From the NCBI GenBank assembly GCA_045863335.1, contig BTVY01000032.1:1-64000 (forward strand): a DNA stretch of 64,000 bases. Reading direction: 5' to 3'. Shown piece by piece: positions 10,544 to 23,730 of this stretch. The position numbers were made by a program, and so were the translations under genes. Within the stretch, counting starts at the first letter, position 1; every line of letters begins with the position of its first letter. This DNA is from Candidatus Hydrogenedentota bacterium. Its GTDB lineage: Bacteria > Hydrogenedentota > Hydrogenedentia > Hydrogenedentales > SLHB01. The notes under the pieces are model-generated. The model made no database searches. It saw only the letters and a program-made list of their open reading frames with translations, and was not told the DNA's origin.

Positions 10544-11633
10544 GTTGTTCCTGCTGGAGTTCACGGCGCTGCTCCGCAATTTCACGGCGGTAGCGCGCCA
10601 CGGCCCTGTTGTGTTCCGCCAAGGTGGCGCTGAACGTGTGCGTCTTTCCGTCGGCGTTGGAAACGAAGTACAGGTAATCCACGTCGGCCGGGGCCAGCGC
10701 GGCCCTCAGCGCAGCGGCGCCGGGATTCGATATGGGTCCCGGCGGCAGCCCTGCGTTGCGATAGGTATTGTACGGAGATTCGACCTCTTTATCACGGTCG
10801 AGCAAACGCTGGCCGTACTTGTCCAGCGCATACTGAAGCGTGGAGTCCATATCCAACGGCATGCCGCGCTGCAATCGATTGTACACGACTGCGGCCACGA
10901 TGGGCCGTTCTTCGTCCACCCGCGATTCCTCTTCCACGAGGGAGGCCACGGTAACGACTTCCATAAGGTCGCGTCCCGCGGCTTCTGGTATCGCGGCAAC
11001 GGTCTTCTCGTAAGTATCATTGAAATGTTCGACCATCCGATCCACCACCTGCGTCTCTTCGGGTTGCTCGTCGAAGAAGTAAGTGTCGGGCATGAGAAAG
11101 CCTTCGAGCGAACTCGCCGCGATACCGAGTGAGGCAACGCGAGCAGAATCGGTTGCCGCCGCAAGAAACGCGTCCGGATCGGGGAACAGTTGCGCCATCT
11201 GCTTGAGGGTGAGGCCTTCGGGAATGGTGAGCTTATACTCCGACACCGTGATGTCCGGGCCTTCCTGCAGGCGCTGGAGCAGTTGCGTTGGCGACAACCC
11301 TTGCTGCAAATCGTAGGTCCCGTGCTTGATGCTCTTCCCCGAGTGGTCTAAACGAATGGCGAGACGAAAGAAGAGGGGATGTTCGACCAGGTCCTGCCGG
11401 TACAGGATGTCGCCGGCCTGGGCGCCGGTGACGCCTTCGGGAATCTCGACGCGCACGGCCTCGCCGCCAACGCTGGGACGGGTCACGTGATCAAAAATCA
11501 TGTAGGCCCCCAACGCGGCGCCAGCGGTTAGCAGAAGGAGCAGAACCAGGGAGTACACGGTAAGTCGCAGGAGAGTCCTTGCGCAGGATCGGCGGCGCGG
11601 TGGCGCGGTTTCCTGTGGCGCGGCTTCGCTCAT
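10497..11633 (-). CDS. mltG: Endolytic transglycosylase MltG
   Basis: LTIPEG, LEGFLMPDTY, ASLVEEE, YNRL...L..D, SPYNTY...GLPPGPISNPG, YLYFV. Confidence 0.96.
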   Translation of the reverse strand: MSEAAPQETAPPRRRSCARTLLRLTVYSLVLLLLLTAGAALGAYMIFDHVTRPSVGGEAVRVEIPEGVTGAQAGDILYRQDLVEHPLFFRLAIRLDHSGKSIKHGTYDLQQGLSPTQLLQRLQEGPDITVSEYKLTIPEGLTLKQMAQLFPDPDAFLAAATDSARVASLGIAASSLEGFLMPDTYFFDEQPEETQVVDRMVEHFNDTYEKTVAAIPEAAGRDLMEVVTVASLVEEESRVDEERPIVAAVVYNRLQRGMPLDMDSTLQYALDKYGQRLLDRDKEVESPYNTYRNAGLPPGPISNPGAAALRAALAPADVDYLYFVSNADGKTHTFSATLAEHNRAVARYRREIAEQRRELQQEQHAEHEEEQEAPTLTP

Positions 11634-12073
11634 CCGTCCTGACGCGGCGCGGTGCGGCCACGGCGGTCCATGTGGGTTTGCAGGATCTGTTGCGCGGCAA
11701 GCTTGTCGACCACCTGTTTCCGGCTTTTCCGTTTCACACCCGCCGAAATCAGCGAACGCTGCACGCCCGCCGTCGTGAATCGCTCGTCGAGCGTGCATAT
11801 CTCGATGGAGACTTTGCCCCGCAGCAAATCAACAAACGCCATGACCTTCTCGGCCTGAGGACCGCGTTCGCCATGTTGATTCAACGGGATGCCTACAACG
11901 ATCTCAATGACGCCCTCTTTTTCGACAAGGTCTCGAATCGCATCGGCAGCCTTCTCGGGATCGGTCGCGTCAATGGTGCTATGGGCCTGCGCGATAATCC
12001 CGAGGGGATCGCTCATGGCGACGCCCGTACGCACGTCGCCCACGTCCAATCCCATAATGCGTCCTTCGATCAT
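11630..12073 (-). CDS. ruvX: RuvX/YqgF (pre-16S rRNA nuclease)
   Basis: GLDVG..RTGVAMSD, VVGIP, DERFTT, VDKLAAQQILQ. Conserved position between alaS and mltG. Confidence 0.96.
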   Translation of the reverse strand: MIEGRIMGLDVGDVRTGVAMSDPLGIIAQAHSTIDATDPEKAADAIRDLVEKEGVIEIVVGIPLNQHGERGPQAEKVMAFVDLLRGKVSIEICTLDERFTTAGVQRSLISAGVKRKSRKQVVDKLAAQQILQTHMDRRGRTAPRQDG

Positions 12074-12075
12074 AG

Positions 12076-12213
12076 CTAGTGTCCTGAACCCTAAGTTCCT
12101 TCTCAGAGATCTTGTATGACTTGTTGCTCAAAGTCCCCCTTTGAAGGGGGATTTAGAGGATGTTCCCTCAGATGCCGGTACGGAAAAATGAAACGAATTT
12201 CAAAATCGCTACA

Positions 12214-12217
<4 letters not shown>
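12076..12217. mobile_element. Putative MITE-like insertion with CTAG at both ends
   Basis: Begins CTAGTGT and ends ACACTAG, with an internal TCCCCCTTTGAAGGGGGA hairpin. It fills the whole alaS-ruvX gap. Confidence 0.6.
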
Positions 12218-14853
<2,636 letters not shown>

Positions 14854-15031
14854 GAAACTTCTCCACACACATCATGTTAGCCGGTTGAAAGAAGGGCAGT
14901 TATGCGCACATCCCGCGCCGCGCACGCCCCAGGAATAGAAGCTGGATTGTCGCAGAATTGGCGTGGTTTTTGCAAAACCTTGCGCGGATTCGCCACAGGA
15001 CCGCACGGATAACCAAGAAGCGACGCCCTTA

Positions 15032-15184
15032 GGAGAGCGGGTTTTCCAACCCGCTTCTTCGCCAACGATTCCGATGTGGTAGACCCACGTCCCAATCCGT
15101 GAATGCCCAAGTTGAGCAATCCGATCTCGTGCGGTTTTCTACCCAATGAACGATTGGCGTCGCGGGTTGGAAAACCCGCGCTCC
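15032..15184. repeat. Inverted pair of REP-like hairpins
   Basis: GGAGAGCGGGTTTTCCAACCCGC (15032-15054) and its near reverse complement (15162-15184). Confidence 0.85.
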
Positions 15185-15493
15185 CGGAGCGAATCCGCTT
15201 GTTTAACGCCTTCAGCGTAAGGATCAAGGTGATGGACCCGTTACCCAGGCTAGGCTCTCCCGGCGGTCGAGCCAAGCCTGGGCTATGAGTATTCAGGCCC
15301 GTTGGGCCAGTGGAATCTTATGCGGCCAGAGAAAGGTAGCACCAATTGAATGACCCCTGATTCTAATACTAAGTGCACAGGTGGTGGCTTGAGCCCTTTT
15401 CCTGTTGGTGAGTCTTGAGCGGGATAGGGTTGGTAAAGAAGACATCGGGATGCTTTCGGTATGCTGTAAGCGATCAAACCCGCAGCAGCGAAA

Positions 15494-16235
15494 GGAGTTC
15501 CGGCATCTTTCCAAACATACACAATAGGCATCTTTCGTCAAGAAGGCATTGTCCAACCAGATGAAGGTCCTTTGGCCCAACGGGCCATCATACTTTTCGC
15601 CCAGCGCGGCATAGCCACGACCAAATTCGATTCTCGAAGCACGAAATCCGAAATGAATTCAAATGACCGTAACTGTTTAGCCGAATAGCGTGGCATTCAT
15701 CGAAACGCCGAGACCTGCGCAATTTTCCCCACATCGTCATCCCCGCGCAGGCGGGGACCCATCTTCGGTTAACCACGCGCGACGGACAACCGGTCCGCAG
15801 CCGCGCCTTACCATACCGCCAACAAAGATGGACCCCCGCCTGCGCGGGGGTGACGGTGGGGCGTGAAAAACGCTTTGCCAATCGGCTAAACAATTACAAA
15901 TGACCGAAATTCGAATGACCAAAACACGTCTGCCGAGCCGGGAACAACAACCTCCAACACAAGGACGGTTGCCCACGGCAGCCCAGGATGGGGCGACTCG
16001 AATGTAGCCCGGGGTGGAGCGAGGCACGAGCGGAACCCCGGGTCACGTGACCACAACCACCGCGCAGCCCCCGAATGGGGGCGAAAGAATGAACTTCCCT
16101 GGAATTTCACGACCTTCGCGGATAGGCGCACAGTGGAGTTCTGGCATCTTTGCAAACATGCACAATAGGCATCTTTCGTCAAGAAGGCATTGTCCAACCA
16201 AATGAAGGTCTTTTGACCCAACGGGTCATCATACT
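15494..16235 (+). repeat. 101-bp direct repeat (15494-15594 and 16135-16235)
   Basis: Both copies read GGAGTTC.GGCATCTTT.CAAACAT.CACAATAGGCATCTTTCGTCAAGAAGGCATTGTCCAACCA...CATCATACT. Confidence 0.92.
15735..15855. repeat. CGTC-type REP inverted pair
   Basis: CGTCATCCCCGCGCAGGCGGGGACCCATCTT ... AAGATGGACCCCCGCCTGCGCGGGGGTGACG. Confidence 0.88.
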
Positions 16236-16415
16236 CACAGCCCAGGCTTGGCTCGACCAGCGGGAGAGCCTAGCCTGGGTACCGACTCCCATTCCGATAG
16301 TTACGCTGAAAGCGTTATACGTCTCGACTCGCCGTCAGCGAATCGTTGTGCTTATGCATTCGGATTAGTATTATAGGACTCGCACCCAGATTCATAGACC
16401 ACTGAGGTTCTCCCA

Positions 16416-17255
16416 ATGCGAAGATGTCGAGCGGCTCTTATCTGCGCCACGATCGTCGCGATCGTTTCAGTCCAAGGCTGCGATTCGGGACGTGGCTGGG
16501 GAGATCGTTTTAGCTGGGGCGAGAACCAACGCGCGGAGAAGGCGTGGCTCGATCTGGTCAAGAGCGAGTGGGGGAGTTGTCCCGTCGAGGGCAAACTCAA
16601 CGTCGAGATCGTAGAACGAACCGACGACCCGTCGTTCGAGCGAATCGGCTATCCCAAGCTCGGAAGCACATTTCAGATCGGTTTCTCCATCGAGTCCCGG
16701 CACGTCTTTCACGTAACGGCTACAGACGGTGACAAGACGCTCGCCAATATTGTCGCCGATGGGTTCACATACACCTTCGACAATGGGGACGTGTTCTCTA
16801 TTCAGCGGCTCTGGGACGAAGAAGATTATGACGAGCTGGCGCGGCTCTGGCCGCTCGACATCGTGGAGTCACATCTGTTTCCGGTTTCGCATGGCCTCAT
16901 TTTCACACCGGAAGCCGTAACGGCGACCCAGAAGTGTACGGGTGTGTCGGTTGAAACAGCAAAGGGAACCGAAACGGAAGAACCTACGGACATAGCCGAC
17001 ATGCTCGTTGGGTCAACGTCGACGGGTCCTCTTTGGGGGTATACGTTTGAGTTTGCGCCGAATCCGCGGCTGCTGAAACGTCAGGATTTTTCGTTGGGCA
17101 AGGTCTTTGATGAGAAAGTATTCTCCGAACCGTTCGCCCACGACGATACGAGCGCACACCCCTTCATGCGTCACGCTACCTGGCATGCTGATGAGGGATG
17201 GACGGTCAAGTCCGAGTTGGAGGAACTGCGGGTGAACGTTCGCAAAGAAGAGTGA
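16416..17255 (+). CDS. Hypothetical lipoprotein
   Basis: Signal peptide ending VSVQGC, 279-aa ORF. Confidence 0.7.
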   Translation: MRRCRAALICATIVAIVSVQGCDSGRGWGDRFSWGENQRAEKAWLDLVKSEWGSCPVEGKLNVEIVERTDDPSFERIGYPKLGSTFQIGFSIESRHVFHVTATDGDKTLANIVADGFTYTFDNGDVFSIQRLWDEEDYDELARLWPLDIVESHLFPVSHGLIFTPEAVTATQKCTGVSVETAKGTETEEPTDIADMLVGSTSTGPLWGYTFEFAPNPRLLKRQDFSLGKVFDEKVFSEPFAHDDTSAHPFMRHATWHADEGWTVKSELEELRVNVRKEE

Positions 17256-17402
17256 GCGACCAGTATCATCGCGTCGAGCCATTCATCGTAGGACCACCCT
17301 CGGCTGACCGCCTTTGCACGTCAATCCCCCGTCCGACTATACTCTGCCGCGTCCAACTTGGGGTTGGTTTTCCGCTATTGCGGGGGAGTCGTACGTCTTT
17401 CG

Positions 17403-18476
17403 ATGACCGATGCGTCGCCGAGTCAGAAGTTGCATGCGCGATACGAGTGGCTGGATCAGAGCCGCGGGATCGTGTCGATCATGTATATCTTCGCGATCAT
17501 CACGTATCGCGTGTCGGGCGATCCGATCCTCGGATATCCCCAGTTGGGGCCGACCTTTCTGAACCACGGGTACAAGTACTACCAGGGCGCGACGCCCCTC
17601 ATCACGATCATCGACGTGGGCCAGCAGATCTTCATGTTCGTCATGGGGTTTGTGGCGTACCTCGCGTTCACGAGCCGTATCGAGAAGCGGGGAAGTTTCT
17701 CCGCGGCGCTGTACGGCGCGCGGCGCGTCGTGCTGTTGTTCGCCTTGTCGGGATTGGAAGCGGTCGTCGAATACCCGACGCGCCACTCGATTGACTGGGT
17801 GGAGGTGTTCTACGAAGGCACCCTCGCCAAGCTCGCCATTGGCGCGTTCGCGGCGTACCTGACCATGACCCTGATCCGCAATGCGAACCACCGGTTTCTG
17901 TTCGGACTGACGATGCTCGCGGCGCATGCCGTGCTCCACGCGTCGCCCTTCTTCCATCACTATGGATTCCTCGATGGACCCCTAAACCTGTTGCCCTTCC
18001 CATTCGGCGCGATGGGACTCGCCGCCATCGCGGTCATTGCCACCTGTTTCGCGCAGTGGGTGTGGACCCATCCCGACGGGTTCGCGGCGGCTTTCCGCAC
18101 GCGCGTCGCGACCGCGTCGTTCTATACGCTGGGGGCGTGTTACTGCCTCGACTGGCTGCAACCGGCCCATCATCACGACGTCACGGCGTCGCTGGCCCTG
18201 TTCGCCGTCGGCATCTCCGGGCTCATGCTGACGATGACCTTTGGGTTCGATTCGCTCGGCATCCATTTCCCACTGCTCAGTTCGCTGGGGCGCAACCTGC
18301 TGCTCGTGTTCGTGCTCGCGTCTATCGTGGTCGACAAATACCTCGGAATGCTGGACCGCGATTTCCTGAACGCATCGCCCTACTGGACACTGCTGCTGGT
18401 GGGTGTGCTGCCGATCGCGTTCCTCGGCGTCATCACGATCTTCCTGGACCGCAAACGCATTCTCATCAAGGTGTAG
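17403..18476 (+). CDS. Membrane protein, HGSNAT/acyltransferase-like
   Basis: N-terminal R..WLDQSRG, then TIID.....FMFVMG, many TM helices and LGRNLL. Confidence 0.65.
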   Translation: MTDASPSQKLHARYEWLDQSRGIVSIMYIFAIITYRVSGDPILGYPQLGPTFLNHGYKYYQGATPLITIIDVGQQIFMFVMGFVAYLAFTSRIEKRGSFSAALYGARRVVLLFALSGLEAVVEYPTRHSIDWVEVFYEGTLAKLAIGAFAAYLTMTLIRNANHRFLFGLTMLAAHAVLHASPFFHHYGFLDGPLNLLPFPFGAMGLAAIAVIATCFAQWVWTHPDGFAAAFRTRVATASFYTLGACYCLDWLQPAHHHDVTASLALFAVGISGLMLTMTFGFDSLGIHFPLLSSLGRNLLLVFVLASIVVDKYLGMLDRDFLNASPYWTLLLVGVLPIAFLGVITIFLDRKRILIKV

Positions 18477-18477
18477 C

Positions 18478-19293
18478 ATGGCGCAGGCGCAGGGACATAC
18501 AGACACGACAGAACGCAGGCAAGCGTTCTTCTATGCGCCATGGTCGTCGAAGTATACGTTTGCCGTTGTCGCGTTGGCGGTCATCAGCATCCTGCTCGTG
18601 CGAACCGGAATCCAGGCGCGATCGGACGTTGAGGATCGGATCGATGGCGCCTATGCCATAACGAGCCTCGGCCTCGCAGCGACCATGAGCGCCGAACACC
18701 ACGACGGTCATTTGCCTCCCGTGAACGACGACGAGCCAGTCCTCATGCCCGATCCTGATTTCGGACACCCCGGCTATCTCGTGGATGGGCGCGTCACGGC
18801 TATGAAGGTTGACGAAGACGCGGCACTCCTGCTCAGTTATCTCGACGGTTACCGCGCCTTCACCATGCACCACATCATCGAGACGCCCGGAATCTATTAC
18901 CTCGGCCATGCGGTCACGAACGAAGCGGAAGGACTTACCTTGCTGCGCGTCTACCGCGAACGCCTCGAACGCAGCGAATCGCTTGAGGGTGATATCCCGG
19001 TGCCCGCCGGATCCGGCACGGCGGGATCCGACACGTTGTACGCACTGCGCACCGACCTCGCCGAGGTGCTTGAAGAAGATGGAATTGACGTCGCCGAAGA
19101 TTTTACGACGCAACTGCCCTGGTTCATCGAGCACCCCGGCAAGTACAAATTGCCCGGCGGCTGGGTGGTGCCGCTCCACCGCCAGGGCATCCGGTTCATG
19201 GCGTATCCGGGCGAGTTCCCCATGACCGAAGACTTCATCTCCGCGCTGGAGAAGCTGCGAAAAGACTTTTCCAGCCCGCCTTCCGATGAGTGA
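18478..19293 (+). CDS. Hypothetical protein with N-terminal membrane anchor
   Basis: Fills the gap between operon neighbours with 1-3 nt spacing and has one TM helix. Confidence 0.7.
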   Translation: MAQAQGHTDTTERRQAFFYAPWSSKYTFAVVALAVISILLVRTGIQARSDVEDRIDGAYAITSLGLAATMSAEHHDGHLPPVNDDEPVLMPDPDFGHPGYLVDGRVTAMKVDEDAALLLSYLDGYRAFTMHHIIETPGIYYLGHAVTNEAEGLTLLRVYRERLERSESLEGDIPVPAGSGTAGSDTLYALRTDLAEVLEEDGIDVAEDFTTQLPWFIEHPGKYKLPGGWVVPLHRQGIRFMAYPGEFPMTEDFISALEKLRKDFSSPPSDE

Positions 19294-19296
19294 CCC

Positions 19297-21228
19297 ATGC
19301 TGAACGTGCGCGCCGTCTCCAGCTTCGAGGATCGCGCGGGGAAGGAAGCCGCGCGGAATGCGTGGAAGGTCTATCCCCGCCTTATCGGGTACGCGTGGAA
19401 CTACCGGAAACTCCTGCTCACGTCCCTTTTGTTTGCCATCATCTCCGGCGCCTGTTTCAGCGGCATGATCGTGACCATCGGCATTGTCGTGCGCGTCGTA
19501 TTCGGCGAACCGCAGGCAGTCGATGCCCAGGTGGGACGAGTCGTCGAGCAGATTCAGACCGCCGGCGCGTTTCTCGAGGATCACGCCGGTTGGGCGCCGG
19601 CGAATCTCGATGACGCCGTGTGGTCCACCGTCACCCGCATGCGCGAACAACGCAGCTCCGCGCTGGTCGTCCTCAGTGTCGGACTCCTGTTCTTCGCCGT
19701 GGCCGGAGGGCTCGCCCGGTTCGTGCAGGGCTATACAGCCGGGCTTCTCGGCGTATCCATCACGATCCGGCTCGTGCGCGAGATGTTTCGCAACGTGATC
19801 GATCTGTCCCTCCTATTCTTCGAGCGCCACACGACTGGCGAGATCGTGTCGCGCTTCACCAACGACGCCTTCATGGTGAACCGCGGACTCACCAACGTCT
19901 TCGTGCGCGTGTTCAGCGAACCCATCCGCGCGCTGTTCTGCATCGGGCTCGCGCTCGCCGTAAACTGGCAACTGACCCTCCTGACGGCGCTCGTGTTTCC
20001 CCCGATGATCTATGCCATCTTCCGTATCGGCCGGGAAGTGAAGAAGCGCGCGCGCCGCTCCCTGGAAAACGTCGCCAGCCTCGCCGGAACCGTCACGGAA
20101 ACCGTGCGCGGCATGCCCGTCGTCAAAGGGTTTTCCATGGAGGACCATCAGATTGACCGCGTCGAGGGGCACCTCGGTGATCTCCGGCATCAGCTCAAGA
20201 AGATGGTGCGCGCCGACGCCACCATTGTCCCCATCACGCAACTGCTGCTCGTACTCGGACTCGTGCTGTTCCTCTTCGTCGGAGAGCGCGCGGTCACGTC
20301 CGCGCAGATGGACAGCGGTTCGCTGGTTATCCTGGTCGGCGCGCTTGCCGCCTTGCTCGATCCCATCATGCGGCTGTCGATGATCAACAACATGATCCAG
20401 GCCAGCGCCGCCAGCGCCGAACGCGTCCTCGAATATGTCGACTTAAAGCCCGATATCGAGGAACGGCCGGACGCCATCACAATACCGCGGCTGCGCGAGG
20501 CGATCCGGTTTGACGACGTCCGATTCGGTTACGACGACGAACGCGAGGTGCTGTCCGGCGTGACTTTCGAGATCCGGAAGGGCGAAATGGTCGCGCTCGT
20601 GGGCTTCAGCGGTTCCGGGAAGACGACCATCGCCAAGCTCATCCCGCGGTTCTACGACGTGAAGGGCGGCGCGATCGCCATCGACGGCGTGGACATCCGC
20701 GATGCGAGTTTCCGCAGTCTCCGCGATCAGATCAGCATCGTCACGCAGGAGTCGATCCTCTTCAACGAATCCGTCTCAGAGAACATCGCCTTCGGCTCGG
20801 ACCGGTTCAGCGCCGAGCAGGTATCCGCTGCCGCACGCGCGGCCCACGCCGAGGATTTTGTCCAGCAGTTGCCCCGGGGCTACGGCACCATCCTCACCGA
20901 ATCCGGCGGCTCCTTGTCCGGCGGACAGCGCCAGCGCCTGGCCATTGCGCGCGCCGTTCTCAAGGACCCCGCCATTCTTATCCTTGACGAAGCCACCTCC
21001 AGCCTCGATTCCGAAAGCGAGCGCGCCATTCAGCAGGCCATCGAAGAGAACATCGTGGGACGGACGACCCTCGTCATCGCCCACCGCTTGTCGACCGTGC
21101 GCCGTGCGGACCGGATTCTGGTCCTGGATCAAGGGCGGATCGTGGAGGAGGGAACCCACCACGAACTCATCGCGCTCGGCGGCTTGTACAAGCGCCTGCA
21201 CGACGTGCAGTTTCAACCGGAAAAATGA
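19297..21228 (+). CDS. ABC exporter, fused permease/ATPase (MsbA-like)
   Basis: TMD plus Walker A GFSGSGKT, signature LSGGQRQR, Walker B ILILDEATS and the H-loop IAHRLST. Confidence 0.95.
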   Translation: MLNVRAVSSFEDRAGKEAARNAWKVYPRLIGYAWNYRKLLLTSLLFAIISGACFSGMIVTIGIVVRVVFGEPQAVDAQVGRVVEQIQTAGAFLEDHAGWAPANLDDAVWSTVTRMREQRSSALVVLSVGLLFFAVAGGLARFVQGYTAGLLGVSITIRLVREMFRNVIDLSLLFFERHTTGEIVSRFTNDAFMVNRGLTNVFVRVFSEPIRALFCIGLALAVNWQLTLLTALVFPPMIYAIFRIGREVKKRARRSLENVASLAGTVTETVRGMPVVKGFSMEDHQIDRVEGHLGDLRHQLKKMVRADATIVPITQLLLVLGLVLFLFVGERAVTSAQMDSGSLVILVGALAALLDPIMRLSMINNMIQASAASAERVLEYVDLKPDIEERPDAITIPRLREAIRFDDVRFGYDDEREVLSGVTFEIRKGEMVALVGFSGSGKTTIAKLIPRFYDVKGGAIAIDGVDIRDASFRSLRDQISIVTQESILFNESVSENIAFGSDRFSAEQVSAAARAAHAEDFVQQLPRGYGTILTESGGSLSGGQRQRLAIARAVLKDPAILILDEATSSLDSESERAIQQAIEENIVGRTTLVIAHRLSTVRRADRILVLDQGRIVEEGTHHELIALGGLYKRLHDVQFQPEK

Positions 21229-21231
21229 AAA

Positions 21232-21259
21232 GGGCGGGCCGTGCCGTCACGACCCGCCC
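21232..21259. terminator. Hairpin between convergent genes, possible bidirectional terminator
   Basis: GGGCGGG...CCCGCCC stem preceded by an A-run. Confidence 0.5.
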
Positions 21260-21271
21260 GTAGTATTCCGG

Positions 21272-22657
21272 TTACTGCAAGAGAGCGCCCTGGTACTCGC
21301 CGGTCTGCGCGTTGAGGAATGCCTCGACCGCGGCCACCTGCTGCGGGCTCATCGAGCGGCCCATCTGGTACTCCGCCATGATTTGAATGACTTCGCCCAG
21401 ATCGCTCGTCGACCCATCGTGCAGGTAAGGCGCGGTCAGGGCGATGTTGCGAAGGGTCGGGGTTCTGAACTTGTGCAAGTCCGCTTCGTCCTTCGTCACG
21501 TTGAAGCGCCCCTTATCCGCGTCCGTCAATTCCCGGCCCGCGAAGTAATCCTTTTTGCGGCCCATTTTCTCAAAGGACTGACCACCCATCGACTTGCCGA
21601 CGTGGCAGGTCGCGCAGCCGAACTGCTGGAACGTGTGATACCCTTCGAGTTCCTGCGCGTTCAACGCCTCGGCGTCGCCCTTCAGATATCGGTCGAACTT
21701 GCTGTTTGGCGTGACCAGCGTGCTCTCGAAGGTCGCGATGGCGTCGATCATCGTATCTTTCGATGGTCCCTCAGGATAGACCGCGTTGAATTCCGCGATG
21801 AACGCCGCGTCCTGGTTGAGCTTGGTACACACCTCTTCCCAGTTGCACGCCATCTCAATGGGATTGTTGACCGGCCCGTCTGCCTGTTCGCGCAAGTCGG
21901 CCGCGCGTCCGTCCCAGAACTGCACGAAGCACAGACCCGCGTTGAACACCGTGGGCGAGTTAATGCCACCCACCGCATCGCCGACGCCGACCGAGAACTG
22001 CAAGCGATCCGTGCCGCCCTTATCCAGCGCGTGACAACTTGCGCACGAGACCGTGTTGTCTCCCGAAAGCCGCGTATCGTGGAACAGCTTGTTACCGAGC
22101 GCGACTTTCGCCGGGTCGGCCTCGACCGAGTCCGGCACCGGCTGAATCATGCTACTGGCAAACTCGGCAGCCGCCGTGCCGGTCGCGTAGTGGCTACTGC
22201 GAACGGAGTGAATCCAGGATACGACCGCATCCCGGTCGGACTCCGAGAGCGCTCCGTTCCAATGAAGGGCGAGGTAAGGTTTGGGCGGCATGGACCCGTC
22301 GGAAAGCGACTGTTCTAGCTTTGCCAGTGCGGCTTCCGATACCGGCTGGCCTTCCTCCGATTGCAGGGCTGAGGCCATATCCATGTACGCGAGCCCGGTC
22401 TGAATATCCTTCTCGAGAAGGCCGCGGACGCCAGGGATGAAGGCGTACATGGGAAGCACATAATCCTCGCTGTGGCAGTCCGCACACTTCTGCGAGAGTA
22501 CGTCCCTAGCCTGCACAAAGGCCTCGTCATGGGCTTCGATTGCGGAAATGGAGGTCGTCTCCGGCTTGGAAACCAGGAGATTGGAAAGGGGCAACAAAAG
22601 TACGACCAGTATTAGGACCAGAATGGTTATGAACAAGCGTTTCCTGGACTTCGACAT
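21272..22657 (-). CDS. Tri-haem cytochrome c peroxidase (YhjA-type)
   Basis: N-terminal TM, three CxxCH motifs (CADCH, CASCH, CATCH), QFWDGRA, NPIEM and FRTPTLRNI..TAPYLHDG. Confidence 0.93.
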   Translation of the reverse strand: MSKSRKRLFITILVLILVVLLLPLSNLLVSKPETTSISAIEAHDEAFVQARDVLSQKCADCHSEDYVLPMYAFIPGVRGLLEKDIQTGLAYMDMASALQSEEGQPVSEAALAKLEQSLSDGSMPPKPYLALHWNGALSESDRDAVVSWIHSVRSSHYATGTAAAEFASSMIQPVPDSVEADPAKVALGNKLFHDTRLSGDNTVSCASCHALDKGGTDRLQFSVGVGDAVGGINSPTVFNAGLCFVQFWDGRAADLREQADGPVNNPIEMACNWEEVCTKLNQDAAFIAEFNAVYPEGPSKDTMIDAIATFESTLVTPNSKFDRYLKGDAEALNAQELEGYHTFQQFGCATCHVGKSMGGQSFEKMGRKKDYFAGRELTDADKGRFNVTKDEADLHKFRTPTLRNIALTAPYLHDGSTSDLGEVIQIMAEYQMGRSMSPQQVAAVEAFLNAQTGEYQGALLQ

Positions 22658-22949
22658 CGCGGATTCCCCCATGCGTTTACTGCGCGCGATTCCCGGCGAG
22701 ACACCGGCCATTGCCGGCCATACCGGTTCCGATACTCCCCCGAGCACCGTTACGCGCTGAAGCGACCAGTCCTTTGGCCCGAATACCTGAGTTGCCGGAC
22801 TGGCACCCACATAATACGCACCGCGCGTACGCCATTCAAAGTATCCCCGGAATCACTCCGTTTTCCACCGCACAGGAGAGATTGCTCCCGGTCGTCACAT
22901 CGGTACCCTCGAATCGTGTATACTCTCGATAACCCATGTTTTTAGCGCG

Positions 22950-22979
22950 TTGACAGGAGAGGCTCTGGCCCACTATGAT
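22950..22979 (+). promoter_or_regulatory. Putative sigma70 promoter of the TetR-RND operon
   Basis: TTGACA-18 nt-TATGAT. Confidence 0.6.
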
Positions 22980-23016
22980 ATTGCGCTGAGTGAAAACCGG
23001 CGTCGGTGGAGTGAAC

Positions 23017-23658
23017 ATGCCCGCAAAAATGGACCGGATCCCGGATGAAGTCAGTACCGCCAATGAAGCGGAGAAACGACTCTTGGCCAGCGCCTTGGGC
23101 CTGTTTTCCGAAAAAGGGTACGAAGGCACGAGTATCCGGGAAATCATTGAACGCGCAGGGGTTACGCGGCCCGTGCTCTATTACTATTTCGAGAATAAGG
23201 AACACTTGTTTCGCCGCCTCGTCGAGACTTGGTTTGCGGAACTTGTGGAAGACATGGATCGCGTCCAGGTAGGCGTCGTCGGCTATCGCGAGCGGCTCAA
23301 GGTTCTGATTTGGAACATTTTCGAACACGCGGAGGGTTCGCCCACCGTCGTGAGGCTCATATTTCACACGTTCTTCGCGCCGCGCCACCAAGCGCCGAAG
23401 CTCGATAAGGACGCGTTGTGGGAGTCCCGGTTCACACGGATCAAGAGCATCATGCAGGAAGGCGTGGAATCCGGCGACTTCGCTGGCCACGATCCCGATT
23501 CTCTCGCCATGACGTTCTGCGGTATGATGGACATGCACATCATGACCAAGATCAACCGCCCGCATATGGAACTCTCCAAGGAACTGGGGGAGACGATTGT
23601 GGACATCTTCCTCGATGGCGCCCGAAAACGGGTAACCGGTCCCGGTGCTGTCGAGTAG
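23017..23658 (+). CDS. TetR/AcrR family regulator
   Basis: LFSEKGYEGTSIREIIERAGVTRPVLYYYFENKEHL HTH. Confidence 0.95.
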   Translation: MPAKMDRIPDEVSTANEAEKRLLASALGLFSEKGYEGTSIREIIERAGVTRPVLYYYFENKEHLFRRLVETWFAELVEDMDRVQVGVVGYRERLKVLIWNIFEHAEGSPTVVRLIFHTFFAPRHQAPKLDKDALWESRFTRIKSIMQEGVESGDFAGHDPDSLAMTFCGMMDMHIMTKINRPHMELSKELGETIVDIFLDGARKRVTGPGAVE

Positions 23659-23730
23659 CGCGCCGCAACTTCGACCGCTGCAGTATGCCGCGGTCAGGGG
23701 TGCGCGAAGTGTATTTACTGGAGTGGGGCC

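Larger units (their letters stand above)
15204..16317. mobile_element. ~1.1-kb non-coding REPIN/MITE-like element with long imperfect terminal inverted repeats
   Basis: 15243-15309 is the near reverse complement of 16214-16280, and 15204-15220 of 16301-16317. No credible ORF lies inside. Confidence 0.7.

Noticed and set aside
14870-15030. T-box or other leader upstream of alaS
   Set aside because: No T-box consensus or terminator/antiterminator was recognisable, and the region beyond is repeat-derived.
15293-16221. Paralogous ORFs MGQRTFIWLDNAFLTKDAYC / MGQKTFIWLDNAFLTKDAYC
   Set aside because: The similarity is confined to the 101-bp non-coding direct repeat, and the translations diverge into repeat-derived sequence.
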